Positions 41,450 to 54,969 of a DNA stretch of 64,000 nt are shown here, piece by piece (within the stretch, counting starts at the first letter, position 1; each line of letters opens with the position of its first letter). Location: assembly GCF_030028105.1 (NCBI RefSeq), contig NC_092377.1:104027177-104091176 (forward strand), read 5' to 3'. The notes beneath the pieces were generated by a model, which saw only the letters and a program-made list of their open reading frames with translations, did not search any database and was not told where the DNA came from. Source of the stretch: Mobula birostris. Taxonomy: Eukaryota. A program made the translations under genes and the position numbers.

Positions 41450-42610
41450 GTACCTCATCTATGGCAACGTGAATACCTTTTAATTTCTAAGATTTGCCCA
41501 CACAGTGTCATGTGAAAAGCCTCTGAGACATCCACCATCATTACTGGAGTGATGGTCTCTCTCACCAATGATGCTATGTCATCTCCTCTTTTACATCCCT
41601 CCCTATCAGGTGTGAACCTCTCAAATGCAGAGTGGTCAGACTTGAGGCTGTAGACAGTGCAGACTGTGCACATGTGATGGAGAGGAAAGCCCGATATTTT
41701 TCAAATGTTGTAAATGTATCTACATTACAGCTTCCTCTGGCAGCTCACTCTGTATACCCACCACTCTCTGTGTGGAAAAGCTTCCCCTCAGGTCAGTTTT
41801 AAATTTCTCCTCTCTGAACTTAAATCTCTCCTAGTTTTAGATTTCCCCCACCCTGGGGAAAAGACTGAGATAATCCAACTAGTCAGTGCGGCCTGTGGTT
41901 TTATAAATTTCTATACATTTTCTCAGCATCATAATCTCGAAGGATATACAGTCACCATCTATTCAGTCTTTTCTTATTTCTCAAGTCCTCCAGTCATGGT
42001 AACATTCTTGTGAATGTGTGCTGCACCATTGCCACCTGAATGACATCCTTCCTGTTGCTGGCTGACCAGAACTGCACACAATACAGTGTGACTTCAACAA
42101 CGTGTACATCCCAACTCCTGTACTCGATGCACCGACCAATGAGGGCAAGCCTGCCAGTGCCCGCTTCACCATCCTGTTTACCCAAGTCTCTGTTTTCCTG
42201 GAACACGTGTCTCTGCTTTATGGCCCTCCCCAAAACTCTACTATTCACAGTGCAAGTTCTGAAAAGGAAAACCCTCACACTTGTTTGTGTTAAATTCCAT
42301 CTGCTATTTGTAGGCTCACTTCCCCGGTTCATCAGGATCCTGTTCTCTCCTGGGTAACTCTCCCTGACCACTATGCTACTGACTTTGCTGTCACCTACAG
42401 CCGTACCAACCACTGAGCTTGCCCAATGGGCCTGAGATTGTTGCCCCCTGTAAGCACGAGGGCTGTGGGAAGGATGAACAACTAAACTATAGCACCATGG
42501 TTCAGGGAACCATTTATGATGGGGGAAAGAAGAGAAACGTAGTTGTGATTGGGGATAGTATATTCAGGGGAAGGGACACGTTATTCTCTCCTGAGCATCG
42601 AGAGTCCCGA
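41450..42610. mobile_element. Old CR1 fragments
   Basis: YCVQFWS..RKDV..FTRMLP on -, and VVVIGDSIFRG (ORF1 SGNH motif) on +. Confidence 0.7.
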
Positions 42611-43590
42611 ACACACAACGCTTATTGTTACCGGACAGATTTTTGCTGTTGGTGATGCGGTTTCATTGCCGTTAAAGCAGTTAATTACCTGCATTCAGGT
42701 GATATAACTGTCCTGAACCTTATTCTGAATCTATTTGAGACTCAGAATGGGTTAACTGTCGTTTCACAAAACAACTTCACATCGGAGTTTCGGCCCTGAC
42801 CGCAGTTTTCAAACCGTCCATAGCCTGATGCGTCTTAAATAATAAAAAACTGTCATGTTCTATGAATCAGCATTTATACTGATCAGTGATTCAATACGAG
42901 ACTCTCTCATACCACAAAACTAACTTCCGGGGACGCTGCGTATTAGGTTCTATGTATTATTTCTGTGGTTTTTATTCATTTGCACGATTTGTCCTCTTTT
43001 GCACATTCGTTGTTTGTCGGTCTTATGTGTGTTTTTTCATAGATTATATTGTTTCCTTACTTTGTGGGTGCCTGCAAGAAGATGAATTAAGGTTGTATAT
43101 GGTGTACAGATCTTGATATAAATTTACTTTGTACATTTAACTTAATTCACAATCTATATTATGAATGCATCAGCGTCTTGTGACGGCTCCTATTCACACA
43201 CACTTGTAATTACTTACTTTTGAACTATTCTACAAAATAACTTTCCTTTTGGTGGACTTTACAAATGTCATGATCTCGGTGGTCTGGCGGTCAGTTTTGG
43301 CGCTTTTCCTGTTGCAGCCTGTTAATTGGTGAATGAGGCTGCTCTCTCATTGGGCTGTTTCATTCATCAACAGATTTACCACCAATCGCCACTCTACATT
43401 CATTCAGGAAATCGGGACGACAGCGAAAAAGTCTTTATTTTCTGGTAAAATTAGGCAATTCGGGAATGGGAGGGAGTTCGGGCTGAGAGGGCGCTCTGTG
43501 CAAATAACTGCGGTAGCTTTGAGAGTTTAAGACGGTTGTCTACGACAGACACTCTGAACGGAAATCCCCCGGACTCACCCAGTCGGTACT

Positions 43591-43631
43591 CAGCCCTTCC
43601 ACAGACAATCTGAGTGGCTCTGAAAAGAGCC
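43591..43631 (-). terminator. Histone stem-loop and HDE of H2A copy 2
   Basis: GGCTCTTTTCAGAGCC at 43631-43616; GGAAGGGCTG at 43600-43591. Confidence 0.95.
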
Positions 43632-43662
43632 TTTGGGTTTTTTAAATTGTCGTTTTATGTCA

Positions 43663-44272
<610 letters not shown>

Positions 44273-45341
44273 ATATTTATTATCAAACTATATAGAGCTT
44301 TGATTTTCATCTCCTCAGAGGCAGTTACAAAACAAAGAAACCTAATAGAACTCATTAAAGACTGTCAAACACCCAATGTGGAAAAAAAGATCAAATTGTG
44401 CAAACTATAAAAGTAAACAAATAATACTCAGAACTAAAGCTCATGAAAGTGAGTTCACAGCCACAAAGCCGGTCCAGGATCCTGTTAGTTACAGGCTGCA
44501 GCCTTACTTCAGCACAGGGACGAATACACTCCACCAAGCAGCAAGCTGAACAAATCCCTCACCCCAGCCCTTACAGACTGACACTTTCAATATGGCTTGG
44601 AGCTTGAATCGCTGAATCATCAGCTCATTCTTGGCTCCCGGACCTGGGGTTTGCTGCATTTATTGGTTCTTGGGCCCGGGCCCCACCAAAGGAGAAACAA
44701 AATTAAACAATAGACCAAAAGAAAGCAATTGGAAATCTCTGTGTGAACGTGGACTCCCTGTATAACCACTCACTTTATCCTAGTTACTGTCCACAGAGAA
44801 TGTGAATTAATTCTACCATAACTGCCTCTGGTAGTGTATCCTTCTTTGTGAAAATGTGTCACATCATGGAACATCAACTGGTGGAAGCAGAGAAACAGCA
44901 ATATGACAGTTAATTTATGCTGGTGTAAATTCAGAGCAGCTGGGAAAGAGTATAGTTGAGCGACCAAGCAGCATTCACTTCTTAACTATAACCCGAACAA
45001 CAGAGAGTATACAAAAATCCCATGTAACTCCATCCACGTTTAATGGAGAGTTCAGTGGGACAAGTGTTTGAAGATGGGGCAGGAGAAGGGGAAGCTCCGT
45101 GTTAGTTCAGTGTGCAGGATCACAGGAATGTCACCAGGCAGGGCGACAGTTAATCGTCATCAACATGATCCTGATGAATATTATCTCCTGAAAGAGGAAA
45201 ATTGAAGCAGTTGCAGAAAAGTATTGTCAAAATATTAAGACGTGCCTCTTCAATATTTTCCATAACTCTTTAATGGAAACTGTGTGGTGTTTAACTGAGC
45301 CATTGGGTTTTCAGTTTGTTTTGTCAGCACTCTGTGGAAAT

Positions 45342-45568
45342 ACACTTGGAGCTGGTGTATTTGGTCAATGCATTTGTCCCTTCCAACATGGCGTGATTTG
45401 ACAGCTTCCCAAGCAGCAGTAGGCACATGGCAGTCTGGATCTCCCAGGAGCTGATGGACAATCATTTCTTATAATGGCCAGGCAGGAAGTCTCACCTGTG
45501 TTGTACTTGAAAATATCATTCACGAATGTGTTCATGATGCTCATGGCCTTGGAGGAGATGCTGATGTC
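45342..45568 (-). pseudogene. H2B: Histone H2B pseudogene (5'-truncated, diverged)
   Basis: Minus strand reads DISISSKAMSIMNTFVNDIFKYNTGETSCLA / [37 protein letters not shown] with a frameshift. A decayed stem-loop (ACCCAATGGCTCAGTTAAACACCAC) lies at ~45285-45308. Confidence 0.9.
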
Positions 45569-45569
45569 T

Positions 45570-48390
45570 CCAGAGCTTCAACATCTATAATGGTGTGACC
45601 AAAACTGTAAGCAATACTCCAGATGTGATCCAACTAGATTTTTATAAACTGCAACATAACTTCATGACTTTTGAACATTGTCTCAACTGATAAAGGTAAG
45701 CCTGCCATAGGCTTTCTTAACCAGCCTATCAACCTCTGTAGCCACATTCACGGAGGTAAGAACTTGGTGCCCAAGATCCCTCTGCTCATCAACACTATTG
45801 AGGGTCTTGCCTTAAACTATCTCTTTACATTTGACCTAACCAGGTGTAACACTTCACATCTGGCCGGGTTAAAATACATCTGCTATTTTTCTGCCATTAT
45901 CTGCTCCTGATCTATATCCCACTGTATTCTTTGCCCATCTTCTACACTATCTACAACACAACCAATGTCTGCATCATCTACAAACCAACTGACCCACCCA
46001 TTTACATTTTCATCCATGTCATTTAGATACATCACAAACAGCAGAGTAAGATCTCTGCAGAATACCAGTAATGACAGGCCTCCAGATGAAATACGTCCCT
46101 TCGATCACTACCATCTGTCTTCTACGAACAAACCAGTTGTGAATTCAAATGGCCAATTTACCATGAATCCCATGCATCTTAATCTTCTGGATGAGGAACC
46201 TCGTCAAACACCTTACTAAGACCTTCATCAATCACCCTCATCACTTCATCAAGATACTCATTTAAGTTAGTAAGACACTACTTTCTCCACATAAAGCCAT
46301 GCTGTCTCTCCATAATTAGGCCATGATTTTCCAAATGCTCATAAATTTTATTCCTAAAAATTCCCTCCAGTATCTTTCCTACCATTGACATGAGACTCAC
46401 TGGTCAACAGTTTCCAGGATTATTCCTGATTCCCTTCTTGAATAATGGAACAATATTAGCCACGTGCCAGTCCTTCAGGAATTCACCTGTGGCTGGAGAG
46501 GACATGGAGATATTGGTCAAGGCCTTTAATAATTTCTTGTCTTGCTTCTCTCAATAACCTGAGGTATATCCCATCAGGCCCTGGGGACTTATCCACTTTA
46601 ATACTCTTAAAGAGACTCAGCACTACCTTCTACTTTAACATGAAATGCCCTGGTATGTCAATACACTCAGCATTGATCTCCCTATCCTCCACATCCTCCT
46701 GCTTGGTAAATACTAATTTAAAGTACTCATTAATGACTTCAACCACATCATTGACATCCAAGCAAGCGTTTCCCCTTTATCCTTGAGTGGTCCTACTCAA
46801 TGATAAAGGATTGGTTGTGTTGTAGATAGTGTAGAGGACGGGCAAAGGCACAAAGGTTGGAGGTGTTGTGGATAGTGTGGAGGGCTGTCAGAGGTTACAG
46901 TGGGACATGGATAGAATGCAAAACTGGGCTGAGAAGTGGCAGATGGACCAGAGGGTTCTTGGAGTCCGAGTCCCGAGGACACTCAAAGCTGCTATGCGGG
47001 TTCACTCTGTGGTTAAGAAAGCATACAGTGCATTGGCCTTCATCAACTGTGGGATTGAGTTTAAGAGCTGAGAGGTAATGTTACAGCTCTATAGGACCCT
47101 GGTCAGACCCCGCTTGGAGTACTGTGCTCAATTCTGGTCACCTCAATACAGGAAGGAAGTGGAAACCATAGAAAGGGTGCAGAGAAGAGTTACAAGGATG
47201 TTGCCTGGATTGGGGAGCATGCCTTATGAGAATAGGTTGAGTGAACTCGGCCTTTTCTCCTTGGAGTGATGGAGGATGAGAGGTGACCTGATAGACATGT
47301 ACAAGATAATGAGAGGCATTGATCATGTGGATAGTCGGAGGCTTTTTCCCAGGGTTGAAATGGCTAGCACAAGAGGGCATAGTTTTAACGTGCTTGGAAG
47401 TAAGTACAGAGGAGATGTCAGGGAGATGTCATATTTCTATACACGAATGCTCCGGATGGCTGTTGATGTGAGTTGACAACAGCATATGACGAATGTTGAG
47501 CTCTATAACAGCCTACCAATGCTCAGCACTAAAACTGAGGCGAGAAGACTGCAACCAGCAGGGCACTGTCTACGCCACCCTGAGCTACCTGCCAGCCTAG
47601 TCATCATATGGGAGCCCAAGCATGGGATGATGAACCCTGGGTGCCCTCCCAAGACTATGGTCAACACGCTCCTAGAAGAGAGCGGTGCGGCTAATGTAGA
47701 TGAACTGAACACACTGATGAGAGAGAGGGAGAAGTGGAGAGTCTGTCATCGTGCCCGACGCCGGCCCCCTAGGCCTGAGTCGACGTAGTAGTAGTAGATG
47801 GCAGGGGTAATTTTTTTTACGCAGAGAGTGGCGAGTGCGTGGAGTGGGCTGTCGGTGGCAGCAGAAACAATAGGGTCTTTTAAGAGACACCTGGATGGAT
47901 ACATGGAGCTTAGAAAAATAGAGGGCTATGGGTACGCCTAGGTAGTTCTAAGGTAAGGACATATTTGGCACAGCTTTGTGGGCCGAAGGGCCTGTATTGT
48001 GCTGTAGGTTTTGTATGTTCTACGTTCTACTCTCTCCCTAGTCGTCACATTGCTCTTGATGAATGTACAGAATGCCTTAGGATTCTCTTTAATCCAACTG
48101 GCCAAGGATTCTTCATGCCCTTGGCTTTCCTAATTCCTTTCTTGAGATTTTTTCTGTATTCCTTGTAATCCTCAAGCGGTCTGCTTGATTCTAACTACTT
48201 AAGCTCTACTTACTTTTCCATTTTCTTCTTGACAAAAGTCATCACCTCCCTGACATCCAAGGTTCTCTTACCTTGCCATCTCTGTCCTTCCTTCTGACTG
48301 GAAAATATCTGCTCTGTACTCTGTGCAGTTCGTCTTCAGGCATCTTCCACATATTAGATTGCATAAAAGATATCTCTCCCAATTAACTCT
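45570..48390 (-). mobile_element. Old CR1 LINE truncating H2B, hosting a younger + strand CR1 3' fragment (~46797-48028)
   Basis: RT remnants on -. The inner copy has LQLYRTLVRPRLEYCAQFWSP..LPGL and a CR1 tail; ctactc is present at both junctions. Confidence 0.78.
47424..47797 (+). mobile_element. RTE-X-type LINE 3' fragment
   Basis: YTRMLRMA..HMTNVELY..RRLQPAGHCLRHPELPA..WEP and a (TAG)n tail; TSD agatgtcaggg (47413-47423) / agatggcaggg (47796-47806). Confidence 0.8.
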
Positions 48391-48399
48391 CTGGGTTAA

Positions 48400-48860
48400 A
48401 GTGCATGGGCCTATAACAAGAGTTGGACAAACTTGGGTTGTTTTCTCTGGAGTAACAAAGGCTGAGGGGAGATCTGATAGAGGTTTATAAGATTGTGAAA
48501 GGCAGGTATAGAGAAGGCAGGAAATACCTTTTTCCAAGGATTGAAATGTCTAGTACCAGAGGGTGTGCGTTGGAGATGAGGGGGCGTAATCGCAAAGGAG
48601 AAGCGAGGGGAAAATGTATTACACAGAGAGTGGTCGGAGCCTGAAATACGCTGCTGGGGGTGGTGGTATACGCCAAAAGTTAGTGACTTTTAAGAGATGT
48701 TTAGATAACCACATGAATGTGTGGAAAATGGTAGGATATGTACATTGTGTAGGGAGAAGAGATTCATTTAGTTATCACAATTACTACTAATTTAATGGGT
48801 TGGCACCACATAGAGGGCTGAAAGGCCTGTTCCCTTGCTCTACTGTACTATATTCAATGC
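48400..48860 (+). mobile_element. CR1 3' fragment
   Basis: LRGDLIEVYKI-like sequence and a 3' UTR ending ..gggctgaaaggcctgtt..ctgtactatattc. Confidence 0.65.
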
Positions 48861-48959
48861 AACAGCCACACCAGACTGTAAGAGCATGGAACATTACAAC
48901 AGCCGGTACACAACAGTCAGGGCACAGACTGTTACAATAGCTGGTACCATACTGTAAGG

Positions 48960-51485
48960 TAGTGGTCACCAACCTTTTTAGGCCCAAGATCACCTACCTC
49001 GACCTTAGTGAAAGGCAAGATCTACCTATTAAATCATTTAGAGAAAAAACAGCTCAGATTGTACTTCCAATTTGAGGCCTTTTATTTGGGTTAAATGTAT
49101 TTGAATTACACAAAATACTTTTGTCAAACTTTCAAATTAGTTCAAACAAGAAAACACTGTAACTGGCATATCAAACAGGCCATAGGTGTCTTTCTTTAAG
49201 AATATTACAATCACCTTTAATTCTAAGTTTTATTATTTAGTTTTATTTCAACACAAAAAGTAAATTAATAAAAATTGACTGTTCCACTCAGTGTGATGAC
49301 TGGGGCTGAATACTTTCTGCTAGTTCCCTGAAATTTGGCTCATACCTACAGACAGCCAGTCTGAGACAGTCTGTGAGGTATCTGTCAGTAAGCGAGCTCC
49401 TGTACTTAGATTTAATAATTTTCATCTGTGAAAATGCAATTTCACACAGATAAGTTGACCTGAAGTAGGCACTGACTTTTAGTGCACATGCGGTGAGAGA
49501 AGGAAACTTCTCCCTGCTAGCAAGCCCCCAAAGTCACCGTCCCCTGATCTTGTTTTAAGCTTGATGTCATTTTGCAAATCAATTATTTCCATTTCAGAAT
49601 CACTTGGCACACCAAATACTTGCTGGAGTTTGGCTGCTATCTGTTCTATATCGATCGGCAGAAATGGGTTTGAAATAAATGCAGCAATATCTTTCATGAC
49701 GTTTAACTCCCCAAAACGCCGATCGAACTCTATTGCCAGTTTGTCTAAGTGAGCACAGTACTGCTCAGGGCGAAAAGCATTTTTTTCCGTGATGGCTGGT
49801 AACATTTTTTCCAAGTTGGGAAAGTGTGTCAGCCTCTCTATCTTTAAATTTGAAATCCAAACACCGAGCTTGGCCTTAAATGCCTTTACTGCGCTTATCA
49901 TGTGGGTTAGGTGTTGGTCTTTTCCCATGAGCTCGTTATTAAGTGCGTTTAATTTAGCCGTTATGTCTTTCAGAAACACTAAATCCAGTAGCCACGCATC
50001 ATCTGACAGCTCCTTGTGCTCGTCGTTTCTTGTTGACAGGAAAGTCTTTATCTCAGGCAGCAAGTCAAGAAATCGTTGCAGTACTTTGCCGCGACTCAAG
50101 CACCGAACATTAGCATGAAGAATTATGTCTCCGTAAGCGGCATCGAGCTCATCCGATAACGCCTTGAATAAGCGGTGCTGAAGCGCTTTTGTTCGAATCA
50201 AGTTTATCAGTTTGACCACCAGTGTCATTGCCTTCCCAGCCAAGGCCTGCTGATGAATCACACAGTGATAATCTAGGAAGCTGGGAAAATCAGGGTCATT
50301 ACGGCACAGTGCTATAAAACCAACGCGCACACCACGCATTGCTGGGGCCCCATCAGTAGTAATTGCCAGCAATTTATGAATGGGGATGTCATTTTCATGG
50401 ACCATACTTTTTAAACTCATTGTAATTATCCTCACCTCTCGTTCTCTCCTTTAATTGCAAAAGCGTCAGGAAGTCCTCCTTTGTTGTAAAATCCTGGAAA
50501 GCCATTCTGATAAATACAACAAGCTGAGCTGTTTGCATTACATCCAGGGACTTATCGAACTGCAGTGAAAAATATTCACAGAGTGACAATTCCTTTAATA
50601 CTTGTCGATCCACATCCTCTGACAGTGACTCCACCCTCCTTGTCACTGTTGTAGGGCCAAGCCGTATATTATGTATTGTGGTTGTGATGTAGCTTTTGTT
50701 TTTAAAGCTATTAAAAACAGTCTCTGTGGTAATGACCATTGCTTCCTTGAATAAATTGCCATCTGTAAAAGGCTTCTTGTGTTTCGCCAAAAGGTGACTT
50801 ACACAAAATGATGCTTCAATAGCAGCCTTATTTTGAGCAGCATGTTTTGTGAAAAAGGATTGCTGGGCCTTCAACCCCGATTTCAGATCCTCAACTTTCC
50901 TGGCACGAATTGCGCTCTTTGGGGGGGTTGGTGTCTTTAAATTTCTGGTGGTTGGTGTTGTGGTGCTGCTCCAGATTCCCTCTTTTAATCAGTGCTTGTG
51001 TTTGGTGGCACAACATACATACACACTTGTCTTTCAGCAAGGTAAATCGAAATTCTTCTTCCCATTCTGGATGGAAGTTGTACATTTTCGCCTTCTTTCG
51101 TGGAGCCTCCGCCAGACTAGCTAGTTACCTTGCAGGATATCACGAGTGAGTGCCGTATACTGATGTTCGCGACAGTCTGTACTCTTTTCTAATCTAATTG
51201 GTCGCTTTGATGCAGCACAGGCTACGCTGAAAATGCGGTGCACGGCGGGGGAGCTACACACAAGCGCACTGGGCAGAAAGAACGGAACTAAACCCCCGCA
51301 ACCCGGAAAAAATCTCTCTTTACAAATAGTTTTCAATAGTGAAAATATTGCTATATTACCATTATCCTAATTAGTATTACTTACTTTTATAATGCTCACA
51401 TTACAACAGTATTTGTGTATTTATTTTTCATTTTTTTCAGGATCGACTGGGAAAGTCTCAGCGATCGACGGGTTGGCGAACCCTA
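48960..51485 (-). mobile_element. Full-length hAT/Charlie (GTF2IRD2-like transposase) DNA transposon, frameshifted
   Basis: 15-bp imperfect TIRs tagtggtcaccaacc / ggttggcgaacccta; 8-bp TSD ctgtaagg (48952-48959) / ctgtaaga (51486-51493). Transposase motifs: C..C..H Zn finger, FSLQFD, TTDGAPAM, HCVIHQQAL, STYLCEIAFSQMK dimerisation domain; stop at ~49288. Confidence 0.93.
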
Positions 51486-51711
51486 CTGTAAGAGCACACA
51501 CCGTTATAACAGCCAATACCGTATAGTAAGGGTACAGACTGTTACAGTAACGACACAAACCATTACAACAGCCGGTACCATTCTGAAAGGGCACAAACAG
51601 TGACAACAGCCAGTACTGTACAGTAATGGTGCAGCCAGTACGATTCTGAGGGAGCACAGACGTTTCCAAAAGCCAGTATTGTACAGTAAAGGCACAGGCT
51701 GTTACAACAGC

Positions 51712-54070
51712 AAGGATGTTGCTTGGATTGTGGAGCATGCCTTAATGAGAATAGATTGAGTGAACTTGGCCTTTCCTCCTTGGAGCGGTGGAGGATAAGA
51801 GGTGACCTGATAGAGATGTATAAGATGATGAGAGGCATTGATTGTGTGGATAGGCAGAGGCTTTTTCCCAGGGCAGAAATGGCTAACACGAGGGGGTATA
51901 ATTTTAAGGTGCTTGGAAGTAGGTACAAGGGGAATGTCAGAGGTAAGTTTTTCACGCAGAGAGTGCAGAGAGTGGTGGGTGAATGGAATGCACTGCCAGC
52001 GAAGGTGGTAAAGGTGGATAAAATACGGTCTTTTTAGAGACTCTTAGATAGGCACATGGAGTCAAGTCAAGTCTATTATCATTTCGACCATAAGCTGCTG
52101 GTACAATCACAGTAAAAACAAAACAATGTTCCTCCAGGACCCTGGTGCTACATGAAACAACACAAAACTACACTAGACTGTGTGAGACAACACAAGGCTA
52201 CACTAGACTATGTAAAACAACATAAAAACTGCACTAAATTACAGACCTGCACAGGACTACATAAAGTGCACAAAACTGTGCAGGGCAGTACAATAATTAA
52301 TAAACAAGACAATAAGCACAGGAGAGGACAAATTACAATATAATAATAAATGACGTAGATGTCAGTCTAGACTCTGAGTATTGAGGAGGCTGGTGGCTTG
52401 GGGGAAGAAACTGTTGCACAGTCTGGTCGTGAGAGCCCGAATGCTTTGGGACATTTTGCCAGATGGCAGGAGGGAGAAGAGTTTGTACGAGGGGTGTGTG
52501 GAGTCCTTCACAATACTGTTAGCTTTGCGGATGCAGCGTGTGGCGTAAATGTCTGTAATGGTGGGAAAAGAGACCCCGATGATCTTCTCAGCTGACCTCA
52601 CTAGCCGCTGCAGGGTCTTGCGATCCAAGACGGTGCAATTTCTGAACCAGGCAGTGATGCAGCTACTCAGGATGCTCTCGATACAACCTCTGTAGAACGT
52701 GGTGAGGATGGGGGGTGGGAGATGGACTTTTCTCAGCCTTCGCAGAAAGTAGAGACGCTGCTGTGCTTCCTTGGCTATGGAGCTGGTGTTGAGGGACCAG
52801 GTGAGATTCTTCGCCAGGTGAACACCAAGAAATTTGGTGCTCTTAACGATCTCAACAGAGAAGCTGTCAAATGTTCAGTGGAGAGTGGTTGCTCCGTGCT
52901 CTCCTGAAGTCAACAACCATCTCTTTTGTTTACATTCAGAGACAGGTTGTTGGCTCTGCACCAGTCTGTTAGCCGCTGTACATCCTCTCTGTATGTTGAC
53001 TCATCATTCTTGCTGATGAGACCCACCACGGTCGCGTCATCGGCGAACTTGATGATGTGGTTCGAGCTGTGTGTTGCAGCACAGTCGTGGGTCAGCAGAG
53101 TGAACAGCAGTGGACTGAGCACACAGCCCTGGGGGCCCCCGTGCTCAATGTGATGGTGTTGGAGATGCTGCTCCAGACTGAGGTCTCCCAGTCAGGAAGT
53201 CTAGGATCCAGTTGCAGAGGGAGGTGTTTAGACCCATTAGGCTCAGCTTTCCAATCAGTTTCTGAGGAATGATTGCGTTGAATGCTGAACTGAAGTCTAT
53301 GAACAACATTCGAACATACGTGTCTTTTTTGTCCAGGTGGGTTAGGGCCAGGTGGAGGGTGATGGCAATGGCGTCGTCTGTTGAACGGTTGGGACGGTAC
53401 GTGAACTGCAGGGGATCCAGTGAGGGGGGCAGCAGGGTCTTGATGTGCCTCATGATGAGCCTCTCGAAACACTTCATGATGATGGATGTGAGTGCAACGG
53501 GACGGTAGTCATTGAGGCAGGACACTGAAGACTTCTTTGGCACAGGGATGATGGTGGCAGCCTTGAAGCACGTAGGAACGACGGCGCTGCTCAGGGAGAT
53601 GTTGAAGATGTCAGTGAGAATCTCTGCTAGCTGGTCTGCACATCCTCTAAGCACTCTGCTAGGAATATTGTCTGGACCAGCAGCCTTCCGTGGGTTGACA
53701 CTGCACAGGGTTCTCCTCACATCCGCCATGGTAAGACACAGCACCTTGTCATTGGGAGGAGGAGTGGTCTTCCTCGGCACCACATCATTTTCTGCCTCGA
53801 AACGAGCGTAGAAGTTGTCCAGCGCATCTGGGAGGGAGGCATCACCAGCACAGGCAGGTGATGTTGTCCTGTAGTGGTGATGTCCTGAATGCCCTTCGAC
53901 ATGCATCGCGTGTCGCCACTGTCCTGGAAGTGGCTGTGGAGCTTAGAAAACTAGAGGGCTATGCGGTAGGGAAATTCTGGGCAGCTTCTAGAGTAGGTTA
54001 CATGGTTGGTACAACATTGTGGGCCAAAGGACCTGTAATGTGCTGTAGATTTTCTATGTTTTATGTTCTA
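51712..54070 (+). mobile_element. CR1 3' fragment interrupted by Rex1
   Basis: ENRLSELGL..RGDLIEMYK up to 52061; resumes at 53937 and ends in a TTCTATG-type tail. Confidence 0.85.
52062..53936 (-). mobile_element. 5'-truncated Rex1/Babar LINE
   Basis: [40 protein letters not shown] and a (GACTT)n tail; TSD tggag at 52057-52061 and 53937-53941. Confidence 0.9.
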
Positions 54071-54969
54071 ACAACTGGTACTGTTCAGTAAAGGCACAGT
54101 GCGTTACAACATTCGGTACTGCACAGCAAGGACACAAACGTTACAACAGCCCGCACCGTACTGTAAGGACACAGAAAGCTACACAGCCGGTACTGCACAG
54201 TAAGGGTACAGGGAGTTACAACAGTCAGCACCATACAACAAGGTCAAGGACTTTTACAAAAAATGAACTGAAATGAAAACACAAAGTGCTGGAAACACTC
54301 ACAGCTCAGTCTGCATCGGCTGAATATTTCCAACATTTTCTGGTTTTATTTCAGACACACAGATATATTGTTTTTTACCCAGAGACAGATAACTGACACT
54401 GCACTATATGACCTGTACATCCCTATAGTGAACTGAAAGGAGTCAATGGAAACACACCACACTGCACTGTCCAGAAACAGTCAGCAGGGCTTTACAACAC
54501 CAAGTCCTTCACTACGAGGAGACAGACATATAAAACTCTCCACACTGTGCAGTGAGCACACAGACCTGTACACACCCCACACTCTATTCCACTGTTAAAC
54601 ACCAGTACAAAACCAGCACTTCAATGACAGAGACCAATACAACACTGATACTGGACTGGGATTCATGGAACTGATCAGATAAGAGCAAAGAAACAACATC
54701 TCCTGGTGGGAGAGTCCAGAACAAGAGCAATAGGATGAAAGTTAGAGACAGGCTATGGAAGGGAGATGTCAGGATGGCAGATGGGGGAAGTTGAAACCAA
54801 TAGAAATTTTAGAGTGAGTAAGATGAGTAGGTAAGATAGACGGGTAAGGCAGGGAGCGAGAAAGGTCTGATAGAGTGAAGTGCAATAATTTTAATATAAG
54901 AAGCTTGACAAGTTAAGCAGATGAACTCAGGGCATGGATTTGTACATGAGACCAAGATATTCATTACAG

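Larger units (their letters stand above)
48860..54250 (+). repeat. ~38-bp minisatellite (GTTACAACAGCCGGTACCGTACTGTAAGGGCACAGACT) split into three blocks by insertions
   Basis: Degenerate units at 48860-48959, 51486-51712 and 54070-54250. Confidence 0.8.

Noticed and set aside
49288-51100. Domesticated GTF2IRD2/EPM2AIP1-like host gene
   Set aside because: It has TIRs, a TSD and at least three frameshifts, so it is a dead transposon.
51486-51712. Repeat array as CRISPR-like
   Set aside because: Degenerate head-to-tail units with no unique spacers, in a eukaryotic context; it is a minisatellite.
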